Assembly: GCA_963716255.1 (NCBI GenBank)
Contig: OY970303.1
Coordinates: 7,616,001 to 7,680,000, forward strand
DNA length: 64,000 nt
DNA from: an uncultured Gemmatimonadales bacterium
Lineage (GTDB): Bacteria; Gemmatimonadota; Gemmatimonadetes; Longimicrobiales; Longimicrobiaceae
Reading direction: 5' to 3'
Shown: positions 10,101 through 21,400 of the stretch, one piece after another
Layout of the letters: the number at the start of each line of letters is the position of its first letter
Numbering within the stretch: position 1 is the stretch's first letter
The notes under the pieces: model-generated
Told to the model about the DNA's origin: nothing
What the model saw: only the letters and a program-made list of their open reading frames with translations
Databases searched by the model: none
Translations under genes and position numbers: made by a program

Positions 10101-12407
10101 CGGGTGGAGGTGGGGGAGGGGTCGTGGGTGGAGCTGGCCCGGCGCGCCTTCGAGCTGGAGGGGGAGATCCTCCCCTTCCGGCGCTACCCTCTCGCGGAGA
10201 TGCAGCGGGTCCTGGGATGGCGGCCGGTGGGAGACGCGGGGTTCAACTTCATCCACTTCCACGTCTACCGGGCGCTCGCGGGGACGGAGGGGGTCGGGCT
10301 CCGGGGAGAGCGCTTCTTCCAGGAGACCGAGTTCCCCCTGATGGCCAACTTCTACCTCGACTGGACCACCGGCGCGGTCCGCTGCCGGCTGGACCACGAC
10401 CCGCGCGCGCTCGGGGCGGGGGAGGTGGATCTCCTCGCCGGCCACTACGCCCGGGCCCTCCACGCCCTGGCCCTGGACCCCCGCGCGCCCGCCGCGGCCG
10501 CACCGCTCCTCCCGGAGGCGGAGCGGGCGCGGGTGCTGGCGTGGGGGAAGGGGGACCCGGTGGAGACCGACGCCTGCGTCCACGCGCTCTTCGCGGAGCA
10601 GGCGCGGCGCACCCCCGGGGCGGTGGCGCTGGTCTCCGCCGGGGGGGCGCTCACCTACGCCGAGGTGGAGCGCGAGGCCAACCAGCTCGCGCGCCTCCTG
10701 CGCCGCCGCGGCGTGGGTCCCGGGAGCCGGGTGGGCCTCTGCCTGGAGCGCTCCCCCGCCGCCGTCGTCGCCATCCTGGGGATCCTCAAGGCCGGCGGCG
10801 CCTACGTTCCCCTCGACCCGGGCCACCCGGAGGCCCGCCTCGCGCTCCTGCTCCGCGACGCGGGGGTGCGCCTGGTGGTGAGCGCCGCCGGGCTGCGCGG
10901 CCGCCTCCCCTCCGGTACGGGAGTGCTGTGCCTGGACGCGGCCGCGGAGGAGCGGGGGAGGGAGAGCCCGGAGGCGCCGGAGGTGGCCGCGGACCCGGAA
11001 GGGCTGGCGTACGTGATGTACACCTCGGGCTCCACCGGGACGCCCAAGGGGGTGATGGTGCCGCACCGGGCCGTCGTCCGGCTGGCGCGGGGGAGCGGCC
11101 ATGCCCTCTTCTCCCCGGACGAGGTCTTCCTGCAGCTGGCGCCGCTCTCCTTCGACGCCTCCACCCTGGAGATCTGGGGCGCGCTCCTCCACGGCGCGCG
11201 CCTGGTGGTGGCGCCGGCGCGGGCGCCCTCGCTGGAGGAGCTGGACGAGCTCGCCGCGCGGCACGGGGTCACCACCCTGTGGCTCACGGCGGGGCTCTTC
11301 CACTCGCTGGTGGACGCGCGGCCGGAGGCGCTCCGGGGGGTGCGGCAGCTCCTGGCCGGGGGGGACGTGCTTTCCCCCGCGCACGTGCGCCGGGCGAGGG
11401 AGGCGTTCCCGGGACTGCGGCTGGTGAACGGCTACGGGCCGACGGAAAACACCACCTTCACCTGCTGCCACGTGGCGACCGGCGACGACGTGGCCTCGGT
11501 GCCGGTGGGGCGTCCCGTCGCGGGAACGCGCGTGTACGTGCTGGACGCGGGGATGGCGCCGGTGCCGGTGGGGGTGCCCGGGGAGCTGTACGCCGGGGGC
11601 GCGGGGGTCGCCCGGGGATACCTGGGGCGGCCGGAGCTGACGGCGGAAAGGTTCGTCCCCGACCCGTTCCCGGACGCGCCCGGAGCGCGGCTCTACCGCA
11701 CCGGGGACCGGGTGCGGTGGCTCGCGTCGGGGGAGGTGGAGTTCCTGGGACGGGCGGACGCGCAGGTGAAGGTGCGGGGCTTCCGCGTCGAGCCCGGCGA
11801 GGTGGAGGCGGCGCTGCGGGAGCACCCGCGGGTGCGGGAGGCGGTCGTGGCGGTGCGCGGGGAGGGGGCGGGCGAGAAGCGCCTGGTGGCGTACGTCACG
11901 GGGGAGGGAGGGGGAGGGCCGTGGGGCGCGGAGGTGCGCGACCACCTGCGGGCGCGGCTCCCGGAGCCCATGGTACCCGCCGCCGTCGTGGTGCTGGAGC
12001 GGCTCCCGCTGACGCCCAACGGGAAGGTGGACCGCCGCGCCCTTCCCGATCCCCGCGAGGAGGCGGCGGACGGCGGGGACGGCTACCTGGCGCCGCGCAC
12101 GTCGGTGGAGGACACGCTCGCCCGGATCTGGAGCGAGGCGCTGCGGGTGGAGCGGGTGGGGGTGCACGACGACTTCTTCGACCTGGGGGGCGACTCCCTG
12201 GTCTCGCTGCGGATCGTCGCGCGGGTGGGGGAGGCGTTCGGGGTGCGGCTCTCCCCCGGCGACCTGTACGACGCGCCGACGGTGGAGCGGATGGCGGTGG
12301 CCGTTGCGCGGGAGCAGATCCGGGCGCTGGCGGGGGAGGGGCTGGGAGAGGCCGCGTTGCGGGCCCTCCTGGCGGGGGAGCCGGGGGAACTCGAACTGGA
12401 AGCCTGA
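4113..12407 (+). CDS. NRPS1: A1-T-C(ureido-type)-A2-T-C(modAA-type)-A3-T; predicted Ala-like, Thr(Dhb), Val
   Basis: Three YTSGSTGTPKG A3 motifs; T motifs GGHS, GGDS, GGDS; C motifs EHHIIHDG and EHHAVLDG. Manual codes DMFNNGLTYK, DFWSVGMVHK, DALWLGGTFK. Start ATG 4113 (alternatives 4074, 4125). Confidence 0.95.
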   Translation: MATSMVDPALRPEVSPGACPIHFLFEAQEARTPGAEAVASGDEVLTYAELNRRANRLAHHLRANGAGPEERVGVCLDRTPELIVSLLAVLKSGAAYVPLDPAYPRERVALTLRDAGASLVVTRERLVPLLDGYGGDLVRVDADLEGIAQEAEENPRSGVAPHNLAYLIYTSGSTGTPKGVQIEHRSAAALLDWCRGTWTAEECAGVLASTSVCFDMSVFEIFHTLAVGGKIILAENALALPHLPAHEQVTLVNTVPAAAAELLRGGGIPRSVRVVNLGGEPLRGALARGLYGLAHVDKVYNLYGPSEDTTYSTSLLVPRGDDGEPTVGRPITGTRLHLLDEALAPVPEGEVGEVYLAGTGLARDYLGRPELTAERFLPDPSGEPGSRMYRVGDLGRVLPNGEVQCLGRIDHQVKVRGFRVELGEVEAVLERHPAVREAVVAAREGASGERRLVAYVVPAGEGASAGVLREHLRARLPEYMVPSALVILDALPLLPNGKVDRGDLPAPDPALYAAGAEHVPPRTPVEEGLARIWSEVLGVERVGVRDSFFDLGGHSLALIRVGSRVREAFGVEVPVGTLFRAATVEELARALGEAGGAGVLPLVRVPRGEDLPLAYSQERVWFIQQLAPENLSYHFQLSLSFRGRLDVGALERSLTELVHRHEILHTAFPTVRERPVQRIGRPWRVRLPVVDLASLPEEERPGAARRWMEDELRRRFDLARLPLIRWSLLRLAPDRHLLVHVEHHIIHDGWSVNVLLGELVALYRAETSGEDAGLPELPVQFADYAVWQREWMKGEEARAQLASWKERLAGSRPVLDLPFDRSRPPVQRFRGAAPRFRIPGALYRPLRELARAEGATLFMVMLAGFDVLLARYARQDDLNVGTGIATRRHRELEGVVGMFVNSVVLRCELGGDPTFRELLARVREATLAAYANQDLPFDAVVEAVRPDRHPGRNPLFQAMFSFHDSAAPALRLPGLETELTVGLSNGSAKFDLNVIAIPHADHPAYHAPGVDPEAVTLVWEYDSDLFDAATMERMFSHFRTVLESAVADPDARVPELRLLGEEERGQLLRAGSATRSFPVEGTLPRGVEGWAARTPGAVAVRCGEEALTYAELNARANRLAHHLRRRGVAEGTRVGVALERSPEMVVAIVAILRAGGAYVPLDPAYPAARLAFLLEDAGVPVLVTTERLRGGLPPFTGGVVSLDGDAGAIGIEPAADPGSGAGPQSPAYVIYTSGSTGTPKGVVVTHANVLRLFAATEAWFGFGAEDVWTLFHSYAFDFSVWEIWGALLHGGRLVVVPFAVSRDPGAFRALLAREGVTVLSQTPSAFRQLVEADRLAGAADGELALRTVVFGGEALEPAMLRPWVERHGDERPRLVNMYGITETTVHVTGRVITREDVERGAGSPIGIPIPDLSLHLLDDRLQPVPVGVPGEICVGGAGVAPGYLNRPELTAQRFVRDPFSAEPGARLYRSGDLARRLSSGELEYLGRADQQVKVRGFRIEPGEVAAALLGCPGVGEAVVVARTDAGEPRLVAYVVPAAGGTPPAPGAMREHLQRSLPEHMVPAAFVPLAAIPLTAHGKLDREALPAPDGAALGTAEYVPPRTPAERVLAEVWRQVLGVERVGIDDNYFAVGGDSIRSVRIVAEAGRRGVGVSLPQLFRHQTVRDLAAAADTAHGSAPDRPRSAPFSLVPEEVRRGLPEGVEDAYPPTLLQLGMLYHSERRPESTLYRNVNSYRVETRFDEAAMREAAARLAARHPVLRTSFDLATYPEPLQLVWRAAAIPLQVEDLRPLSAGEQELRLEAMVREEAHRRFDWTRPPLLRFRAHLRGEACFQFTFCEHHAVLDGWSAASMVTELLRTFLALRDGKPDPMAEAPALAFREYVALEREAVGSEAHREFWTRLAADGSPSTLPGRSASDGAGGDPRSVHVDVPPEVSGRLKRVAEEAGVPLKSVLLAAHLRVLALVSGSPEVLTGVVANGRPEAEDAERVLGLFLNTVPFRVEVGEGSWVELARRAFELEGEILPFRRYPLAEMQRVLGWRPVGDAGFNFIHFHVYRALAGTEGVGLRGERFFQETEFPLMANFYLDWTTGAVRCRLDHDPRALGAGEVDLLAGHYARALHALALDPRAPAAAAPLLPEAERARVLAWGKGDPVETDACVHALFAEQARRTPGAVALVSAGGALTYAEVEREANQLARLLRRRGVGPGSRVGLCLERSPAAVVAILGILKAGGAYVPLDPGHPEARLALLLRDAGVRLVVSAAGLRGRLPSGTGVLCLDAAAEERGRESPEAPEVAADPEGLAYVMYTSGSTGTPKGVMVPHRAVVRLARGSGHALFSPDEVFLQLAPLSFDASTLEIWGALLHGARLVVAPARAPSLEELDELAARHGVTTLWLTAGLFHSLVDARPEALRGVRQLLAGGDVLSPAHVRRAREAFPGLRLVNGYGPTENTTFTCCHVATGDDVASVPVGRPVAGTRVYVLDAGMAPVPVGVPGELYAGGAGVARGYLGRPELTAERFVPDPFPDAPGARLYRTGDRVRWLASGEVEFLGRADAQVKVRGFRVEPGEVEAALREHPRVREAVVAVRGEGAGEKRLVAYVTGEGGGGPWGAEVRDHLRARLPEPMVPAAVVVLERLPLTPNGKVDRRALPDPREEAADGGDGYLAPRTSVEDTLARIWSEALRVERVGVHDDFFDLGGDSLVSLRIVARVGEAFGVRLSPGDLYDAPTVERMAVAVAREQIRALAGEGLGEAALRALLAGEPGELELEA

Positions 12408-12414
12408 AGCGAAG

Positions 12415-15400
12415 ATGTCCAGCCTTTCCGATCGTCTGGGCCAGCTTTCCCCGGAGCAGCTCGCCGCCCTGGTCCGGCGGCTCGGGGAGCGCGCGCCCGG
12501 CGCGTCCGCGGGGATCCCCCGCCGCTCCGGGGACGCGCCGCCCCCCGCCTCCTTCGCGCAGCGGCGGCTCTGGTTCCTGGACCGCCTCCTGGGGGGGACG
12601 CCCGCCTACAACGTGCCCTTCGCCTTCCGCCTGCGCGGGGAGGTGGACGCCACGGCGCTCGGCCGCGCGCTGGACGCCCTGGTGGAGCGGCACGAGGCGC
12701 TGCGCACCCGCTTCGCCGAGGCCGACGGAGAGCCGGTGCAGGTGGTAGAGGCGCGCCTCCCGGCGGAGCTCGGGACGGAAACGCTCCCCGCGGGCGCGGA
12801 GGTCCTGGAGCGGGTGTCGGCGGAGGCGTGGCGCCCCTTCGACCTCGCGGCCGGGCCGCTCTTCCGCTTCCGCCTCTTCCGGACCGGGACGGGGGAGAGC
12901 GTCCTCCTCCTGGTCTTCCACCACGCGGTCTTCGACGGCGCCTCGCTGGGGGTGCTGGCGGCCGAGCTGTCCGCGCTGTACACGGCGCACGCGCGGGGGG
13001 AGGAGCCCCGCCTCCCGGAGCTCCCGGTGCAGTACGCCGACTACGCCGCCTGGCAGCGGGACGCCCTCGGCGGGGAGGCGCTGGAGCGCGGGCTGGCGTA
13101 CTGGCGCGAGCGCCTGGCGGAGCTGGAGCCGCTGGACCTCCCCGCCGACCGCCCGCGGCCCCCGGGGCCGGGCCTGCGCGCGGCCGTCCACGCCCTCGAC
13201 CTCCCGGGGGAGCCGGCCGCCCGCCTGCGGGCGCTCGCCCGGTCCGAGCGGGCGACCCCGTTCGTGCTCGTCCTCGCCGCGTTCCAGCTCCTCCTCGCCC
13301 GCTTCGCGGGGCAGGAGGACGTGGCCGTGGGGATCCCCGTCTCCGGGCGCGACCGCCGGGATGTCGAGGGGGTGATCGGCTTCTTCGTCAACACCCTGGT
13401 GCTGCGCACCGACCTTTCCGGCGACCCGCCGTTCCGGGAGCTCCTGGCGCGGGTGCGGGAGGGGGTGCGCGGGGCGCAGGAGCACCGCGAGGTCCCGTTC
13501 GAGGCCCTGGTGGACGCCCTGCACCCGGACCGGAGCCCGGACCGCTCGCCGCTCTTCCAGGCGATGTTCGCGTACCGGCCCGCGGCGGAGGCCGGGCTGA
13601 GCCTCCCGGGCGCGGTCGCCGAGCCGGTGGAGGTCCCCGCCGTGGCCTCCAAGTTCGACCTGTCGCTGGAGGTGCGGGAAACGGCGGAAGGGATGCGCGC
13701 GGTCTTCCACTACGCGCCGGAGCTCTTCGACGCTTCCACCGTGGAGCGGATGGGAGAGCACTTCCGCGCCGTGCTGGAGCGCGCGGCCGCGGACCCGGGG
13801 GCCCCGCTCTCGGCCGTGGCGGCGCTCCCGGAGGGGGAGCGCGGGCGGGTGCTGGTGGAGTGGAACCGCACCCCGGACGCGGGTCCGGCGGAGACCGTGC
13901 ACGCCCTGTTCGCGCGCCGGGCGGAGCGCACGCCGGACGCGGTCGCGGTGACGTGCGCGGGGGAGTCGCTGAGCTACGCGGAGCTGGACCGGCGCTCGGC
14001 GCGGCTGGCGCACCACCTCCGGGCGCTCGGGGTGGGGCCGGAGGTGCGCGTCGGGATCGCGCTGACCCGCTCGTTCCGGATGGTGGAGGCGGTGCTGGGC
14101 GTGCTCAGGGCGGGGGGCGCGTACGTCCCCCTCGACCCGGAGCAGCCGGCGGCGCGCCTGGCCGCCCTGCTGCGCGACTCGGAGGCGGCGGTGCTCGTGA
14201 CCGAGGAGCAGGTGTCCGCGCGCCTCCCCGGCCACCCCCGGGTGGTGTGCCTGGACCGCGGCGCCGCGGAGATCGCCGCCCGCCCCGGGAGCGCCCCGGC
14301 CGTCCCGGTCCGTCCGGAGAACCTGGCGTACGTGCTCTTCACCTCCGGCTCCACCGGGGAGCCCAAGGGGGTGATGGTGGAGCACCGGAGGGTGGCGGCG
14401 CTGGTCCGCTGGCTGCACGGGGAGGTCCCGGAAGAGGAGCGGTCCACGACGCTGGGGTGCGGGCCCCTGGCCTTCGACGCCTCCGTGGGCGAGATCTTCG
14501 GCACGCTCTGCGGCGGGGGGAAGCTGGTCCTTGTGCAGGACGCGCTGGAGCTGGCCCGGGTCCCGGGGGCGGAGGGGGTGCGGATGGCCGCCATGGTCCC
14601 TTCCGCCGCCGCGGAGCTGGTGCGGATGGGCGCCATCCCCGCGGGGCTGCGGCGGATCCACCTGGGGGGGGAGGCCCTCCCCGCCGTCCTGGCGCGCGCG
14701 CTCCACGGGGCGGGGGTGGAGCGGGTGGTGAACCTGTACGGCCCCACCGAGGACACCGTGTACTCCACCCGCGCGGAGGTGGAGCCCGGCGCAGAGCGGA
14801 TCGTCATCGGCACTCCCCTCCCGGGGACCCGCGCCTACGTGCTCGACCGCCGCCTCGACCCCGCCCCCGTGGGCGCGGTCGGCGAGCTCTTCCTGGCGGG
14901 GAGCGGCCAGTCGCGGGGGTATGCCGCCCGCCCCGGGCTGACGGCCGAGCGCTTCGTCCCCGACCCGTTCGCCCCGGAGCCGGGGGGACGGATGTACCGT
15001 ACCGGGGACCGCGTGCGCTGGACCGCGGACGGACGCCTGGAGTACCTGGGGCGCGCCGACCACCAGGTGAAGCTGCGGGGCTTCCGCGTCGAGCCGGGGG
15101 AGATCGAGGCGGCGATCCTGGCGCATCCCGGGGTGCGCCAGGCGCTGGTGATGGCGCGCGAGGACGCCCCGGGGGACCGCCGCCTGGTGGCCTACCTCGC
15201 CACCGGCGCGGAGGGGTTCGACCTCGCGGCCCTGCGGGAGGCGCTCCGGGAGCGCCTCCCGGCCTACATGGTGCCGGCGGCGTTCGTGACGCTGGACGCC
15301 TTCCCGCTCAACCGCAACGACAAGGTGGACCGGCGCGCGCTCCCCGCGCCGGAGTACGGCCCCGGGGGCTCCGGCCCCGGGGCGCCCCGCACCCCCACGG

Positions 15401-18400
15401 AGGAGATCCTGGCCGGGATCTTCGCGGAGGTGCTGCGCTGCGAGCGGGTGGGGGTGCACGACGATTTCTTCGACCTGGGGGGGCACTCCCTCCTCGCCAC
15501 CCAGGCGGTTTCCCGGGTCCGCCGCGCCCTGGGGGTGGAGCTCCCGCTGCGCGCGCTCTTCGAGGCGCCGACGGTGGCGGGGGTGGCGGAGCGCGTGGAC
15601 GCCGGCGCCCGGGCGGCGGGCCCCCCGATCACCCCGGCGCGGCGCGACGTCCCCCTCCCGCTCTCCTTCTCGCAGGAGCGGCTCTGGTTCCTGGAGCAGC
15701 TGGAGCCGGGGACGGCGCATCACAACATCCCCTTCGCCTTCAGCCTGCGCGGGCCGCTGGATGCCGGGGTCTTGGAGCGCGCCTTCGCGGAAACGGTCCG
15801 CCGGCACGAGGCGCTCCGGACGGTGTTCGCGTCGCGCGACGGGGTTCCCGTGCAGGTGGTGGAGCCCGCGGGGCGCTTCCGCCTGCCGGTGGGCGACCTG
15901 TCGCGCCTCCGCGAGGGGGAGCGCCGGGCGGAGGCCGGGCGCCTCGCGGCGGAGGAGTCGCGCCTCCCCTTCGACCTGGAGAGAAGGCCGCTCCTGCGCG
16001 TCCGCCTCCTGCGCCTGGAGGGCGAGGAGCACGTGCTGCTGGTCACCCTGCACCACGTCGTGGGGGACGCCTGGTCGCTCGGGGTGCTCTACGGCGAGGT
16101 GTCGCGCCTGTACGCCGCCTTCGCCCGGGGCGAGCCCTCTCCGCTCCCCGCTCCGCAGGTGCAGTACGCCGACTTCGCGGCCTGGCAGCGGGAGTGGCTG
16201 CGGGGGGAAAGGCTGGAGCGGCAGCTCGCGTACTGGCGGGAGCGGCTGGCCGGCGCGCCCCCGCTCCTGGAGCTCCCCACCGACCGCCCGCGCCCGGCCG
16301 TGCAGACGCACCGCGCGGGCGAGCACCGGGTCCTCCTCCCGTCCTCCCTGGCCGCGTCGCTCCGCGAGGTGAGCCGCGGGGAGGGGGCCACCCTCTTCAT
16401 GGTGCTCCTCGCCGCCCTGGCGGCGGTGCTCCGGCGCTGGTCGGGCCAGGAGGACGTGGTGGTGGGCACCCCGATCGCGGGGCGCACCCGGGCGGAGACG
16501 GAGGGGGTGGTCGGCTTCTTCGTCAACATGCTCCCGCTGCGCACCGACCTTGCCGGCGACCCCGCCTTCCGCGGGCTCCTGGCGCGGGTGCGGGAGGCGA
16601 CGCTCGGCGCCTACGCCCACCAGGATCTCCCGGTGGAAAAGCTCCTGGACGAGCTGGGGACCGAGCGCACCCTCGGCCACAGCGCCCTCTACCAGGTGAT
16701 GCTGGTGCTCCACAACACGCCCGGGGAGCCGCTGAGCCTCCCCGGCGTGGAGGTGGCACGGGTGCCGGTGGCGCCCCCGGCCACCGCGCTGGACCTGGGG
16801 GTGGCGGTCACGGAGCGCCCCGAGGGGCTGGACGTCTCCCTTTCCTACAACGCGGACCTCTTCGAGGCGCCGACGGTGCAGGGGATGGCGGCGTACCTCG
16901 GGGAGGTGCTGCGGGCGGCGGCCGCGGACCCGGACCGGCGGCTCTCGGAGCTCCCCGCGCTCGCCCCGGAAGACCTCCTCCGGCAGCGGACGGAGTGGTC
17001 CGGGGAGGGGCGGACGGCCCTCCCCCTCGCGTGCGTGCACCGGCTCGTCGCGGCGCGGGCGGCGGAGTCGCCGGACGCGGCGGCGGTGGAGATGGCGGGG
17101 ACGCGCCTCACCCGGGGGGAGCTGGACCGGCGGTCGGCGGCGCTCGCCGGGCGGCTGCGCGCCGCGGGCGTGGGCCCCGAGGTCCGGGTGGCGGTCTGGG
17201 CCGAGCGGAGCCCCGCGACGCTGGTGGCGATCCTGGCGACCCTCCGGGCCGGGGGGGCCTACGTCCCGCTCGACCCCGCGTACCCCGCGGAGCGGCTGCG
17301 CGCGCTGATCGACGACAGCGGCGCGGCGGTGGTCCTCGCCCCGTCCCGGCTGCGGGGGAGGATCCCGGCCGGCGTGGAGGTGGTGGAGCTGGACGGGGAG
17401 GGCGGGGGAGAGCCGGCGGCGCCGGAAGTGGAGGTGGACGCCGCGAGCCTGGCGTACGTGATCTACACGTCCGGCTCCACGGGCGCGCCCAAGGGGGTGA
17501 TGGTCTCGCACGCCTCGCTCGCCGGGTTCGTGGACGCGGCGCGGCGCGAGCTGGGGATCGGCCCCGCCGACCGCGTCCTGCAGTTCGCCACCTTCAGCTT
17601 CGACACCAGCGTGGAGGAGGTCTTCCCCGCGCTCACCGCCGGCGCGACGCTGGTGCTCCGGACCGAGGAGATGCTGGAAAGCGTCGCCACCTTCCTGCGG
17701 CGGTGCGGCGAGTGGGGGATCACCGTGCTGGACCTCCCCACCGCCTTCTGGCACGAGGTGGCCGCGGAGCTGGAGCGGAGCGGCCTCCGGCTCCCGGAGT
17801 GCGTGCGCCTGGTCGTCATCGGCGGGGAGCGCGCCCTCCCGGAGAGGGTGGCCGCCTGGCACGCCGCGGCGGGCGGGCGCGTGCGCCTGGTGAACACCTA
17901 CGGGCCCACCGAGGCGACCGTCGCCGCCACCGCCGCCACGCTCCTCCCGGAGGCGCGGCGCCTGAGCGAGCGCGGGGACCCGCTCCCGCTTCCGCCGGTC
18001 CCCATCGGCGCACCGCTGGCGAACGCCCGCGTCCACGTCCTCGACGGCCGGATGGAGCCGGTCCCCGCAGGCGCGCGGGGGGAGATCCTCGTCGGGGGGG
18101 GCGGGGTCGCGCGGGGGTACCTGGGGCGGCCGGAGCTCACGGCGGAGCGCTTTCTCCCCGACCCGTTCTCGCCGCAGCCGGGGGCGCGGCTCTACCGCAC
18201 CGGCGACGCGGCCCGCTGGCGCCACGACGGGCGGCTGGACTACCTGGGCCGGACCGACGAGCAGGTCAAGGTCCGCGGCTTCCGCGTGGAGCCGGCCGAG
18301 GTGGAGGCCGCCCTGCTGCGCCACCCCGCCATCCGCGACGCGGCGGTCGCCGCACGGGAGGACGAGCCGGGCCGCGCCCGGCTGGCCGCCTACGTGGTCC

Positions 18401-21400
18401 CGGAGGGGGCGCCCCCGTCGGCCGCGGAGCTGCGCGACTTCCTCCGCGCCCGGCTCCCGGAGTACATGGTGCCCGCGGTCTTCGTCCCCCTCGCCGGGCT
18501 CCCCCTGACCCCCAGCGGAAAGCTGGACCGGCGCGCCCTCCCGGCCCCGGAATGGGGGGTCCCGGACGCGGCGGGGGACGCGGCGCCCCGCACCCCCGCC
18601 GAGGAGCGCCTCGCCGCCGTCTGGGCGGAGGTGCTGCGGCTGGAGCGGGTGGGGGTGCACGACAACTTCTTCGAGCTGGGCGGCGATTCCATCCTTTCCA
18701 TCCAGGTGGTGGCCCTCGCCCGGCGCGCGGGGCTGGCCCTCTCGCCCAGGCAGCTCTTCGAGCACCAGACGGTGGCCGCGCTCGCCCGGGCGGCGGGCGC
18801 CGCTCTCGCCGCGCCGGACGGGGAGGAGGAGGAGGCCGGCGGCGAGGTGGAGCCCACTCCCATCCAGCGGTGGTTCTTCGGCCGGGACCTCCCCGAGCCC
18901 CACCACTGGAACATGGCGACGCTCCTCCGCCCGGCGAGGCCGCTGGAAGCCGCCGTGCTGGAGCGGGCGCTCGCGGCGCTCCTCGCGCACCACGACGCGC
19001 TCCGCCTGCGCTTCGTCCGGGGGGAGGCCGGGTGGACGCAGGCGTACGCCGCCGCGGAGCCGCGCGCCCCGCTGGTCGTGGTGGACGTGTCGGGGGTGGC
19101 GGCGAGGGACCGGGCGCGCGCGCGGGAATCCGCGGCCGCGGGGGTGCAGGCGAGCCTCGACCTGGCGGCCGGTCCGCTGGCGCGGGTGGCGCTCTTCGAG
19201 GGCGGGGCGGGGGAGCAGCGGCTGCTGGTCGTCGTCCACCACCTGGGGGTGGACGGGGTCTCGTGGCGCATCCTCCTGGAAGACCTGGAGACGGCGTACG
19301 GGGAGATCGCGCGGGGCGGGGCCCCCGTGCTCCCGGCGAAGACGACCTCCTTCCGGCGGTGGGCGGCCCGCCTGGCCGAGCACGCGCGCCGGGGCGGCTT
19401 CGACGGCGAGGCGGCCCACTGGTGCGCCGGGGAAGGGGCGGACGTGCCGCCGCTCCCGGTGGACCACCCGGGCGGCGCGAACCCCGAGGGCGCCGCGGAG
19501 CGCGTCACCGTGGAGCTCGGCGAGGAGGACACCCGCGCCCTCCTCCAGGAAGCCCCGAAGGCGTACCGGACCCGCGTGGACGAGGTGCTCCTGTGCGCGC
19601 TGGCGCGGGCCTTCCGGAGCTGGACGGGGGAGGACCGGCTCCGGGTGGAGCTGGAGGGGCACGGGCGGGAGGACCTCTTCCCCGGGGTGGACCTTTCCCG
19701 CACCGTGGGGTGGTTCACCTCCCTCTTCCCCGTGCTCCTGGACCTGCGGGGGGCGGACGCGGCGGGCGACGCGCTGCGGGCCGTCAAGGAGCAGCTCCGG
19801 GCAGTACCCTCCCGGGGGATCGGGTTCGGGGCGCTCCGCTTCCTCGCCCCGCGCGGCGACGTCCGGGCAGGGCTCGCCGCCCTCCCAGCGGCGCAGGTGC
19901 GCTTCAACTACCTGGGACAGTTCGGCCGGGAGGCCGCCGGCGGCTCCCTCCTGGTCCCGGTCCGTGAGCCGATGGGCCCCAACGTGAGCCCGCGGGCCGA
20001 GCGCGGCTGCCTCTTCGACCTCCTCGGGGCGGTGGAGGGAGGGCGGCTCCGCGTGACCTGGAGCTTCAGCCGGGCGCTCCACCGTCCCGCGACGGTCCGG
20101 GCGCTGGCGGAGGGCTTCCTCGCCGAGCTGCGGGCGCTGGTCGCCCACTGCGCCTCGGAGGAGGCGGGCGGGTACACCCCCTCGGACTTTCCGCTGGCCC
20201 GCCTGGACCAGGCATCGCTGGACCGGTGCTTCGGGAGGGAGCGGGGGATCGAGGACGTGTACCCGCTCTCCCCCATGCAGGAGGGGATGCTCTTCCACTC
20301 CCTCTACGCCCCGGGGGCGGGGGAGTACCTGGGGCAGTTCCTCTTCGACCTGGAAGGCGAGCTGGACGTGGACGCCTGGAGACGGGGGTGGGAGGCCGCC
20401 GTGGAAAGGCACACGGCGCTGCGCACGCGCTTCCTCTGGGAGGGGGTGGACGCCCCCGTGCAGGTGGTGCAGCGGCGCGCCGCGCTCCCGGTGCGCGAGG
20501 AAGACTGGCGCGCCCTGCCGCCGGCCGGGCAGGAGGCGCGGCTCGCGGCCTTCCTGGACGAGGACCGCGCCCTCGGGATGGAGCCGTCGCATGCGCCGCT
20601 CCTGCGGCTGGCGCTCTTCCGGACCGGGGAGCGGGCGTACTCCCTGGTGTGGACGGCGCACCACCTGGTGATGGACGGGTGGAGCCTCCCGCTGGTCTTC
20701 CGCGACGCGGTGGCGGCGTACGACGCCTCGGTCGAGGGCCGGGCGCCGGAGCTGCCGCCGGCCCGCCCCTACGCCGAGTACGTCGCCTGGCTCCGCGGGC
20801 GGGACCTCGCGCGGGCGGAGGAGTTCTGGCGCGACGCGCTGGCGGGCTTTTCCGCGCCCACCCCCCTGGGCGTGGACCACCGCCCGGCGGGGGACGCGGG
20901 AGGGCGGGGACGCCTGGAGAGGAAGCCGGACGACGCCCTGGGGGCGGCGCTGGAGCGGCTCGCGCGGCGGGAGCAGGTCACGGTCAACACCGTGGTGCAG
21001 GGCGCGTGGTCGCTCCTCCTCGCCCGCTACTCCGGGGAGGAGGACGTGGTCTTCGGGGGGGTGGCCTCGGGGCGCCCGGCGGAGCTCCCCGGGGTGGAGA
21101 CGATGGTGGGCCTCTTCATCAACACCCTCCCGGTGCGGGCCCGGGTGCGCCCCGGCGAGCGGACCGGAGAGTGGCTCCGGGGGCTGCAGGAGCAGCAGGC
21201 GAGGGCCCGCGAGCACGAGCACGCGCCGCTGGCGCAGGTGCAGAGGTGGAGCGGGGTGCCGGCGGGGGAGCCGCTCTTCGAGAGCATCCTGGTCTTCCAG
21301 AACCAGCCCGTCCCGGCGGAGCTGGGGAGATCCGGGCGCGGGGTGGTGCGGGTGCGCACCCGCGACCGGGTGGAGCAGACCGGGTACGCCCTGGCGCTGG

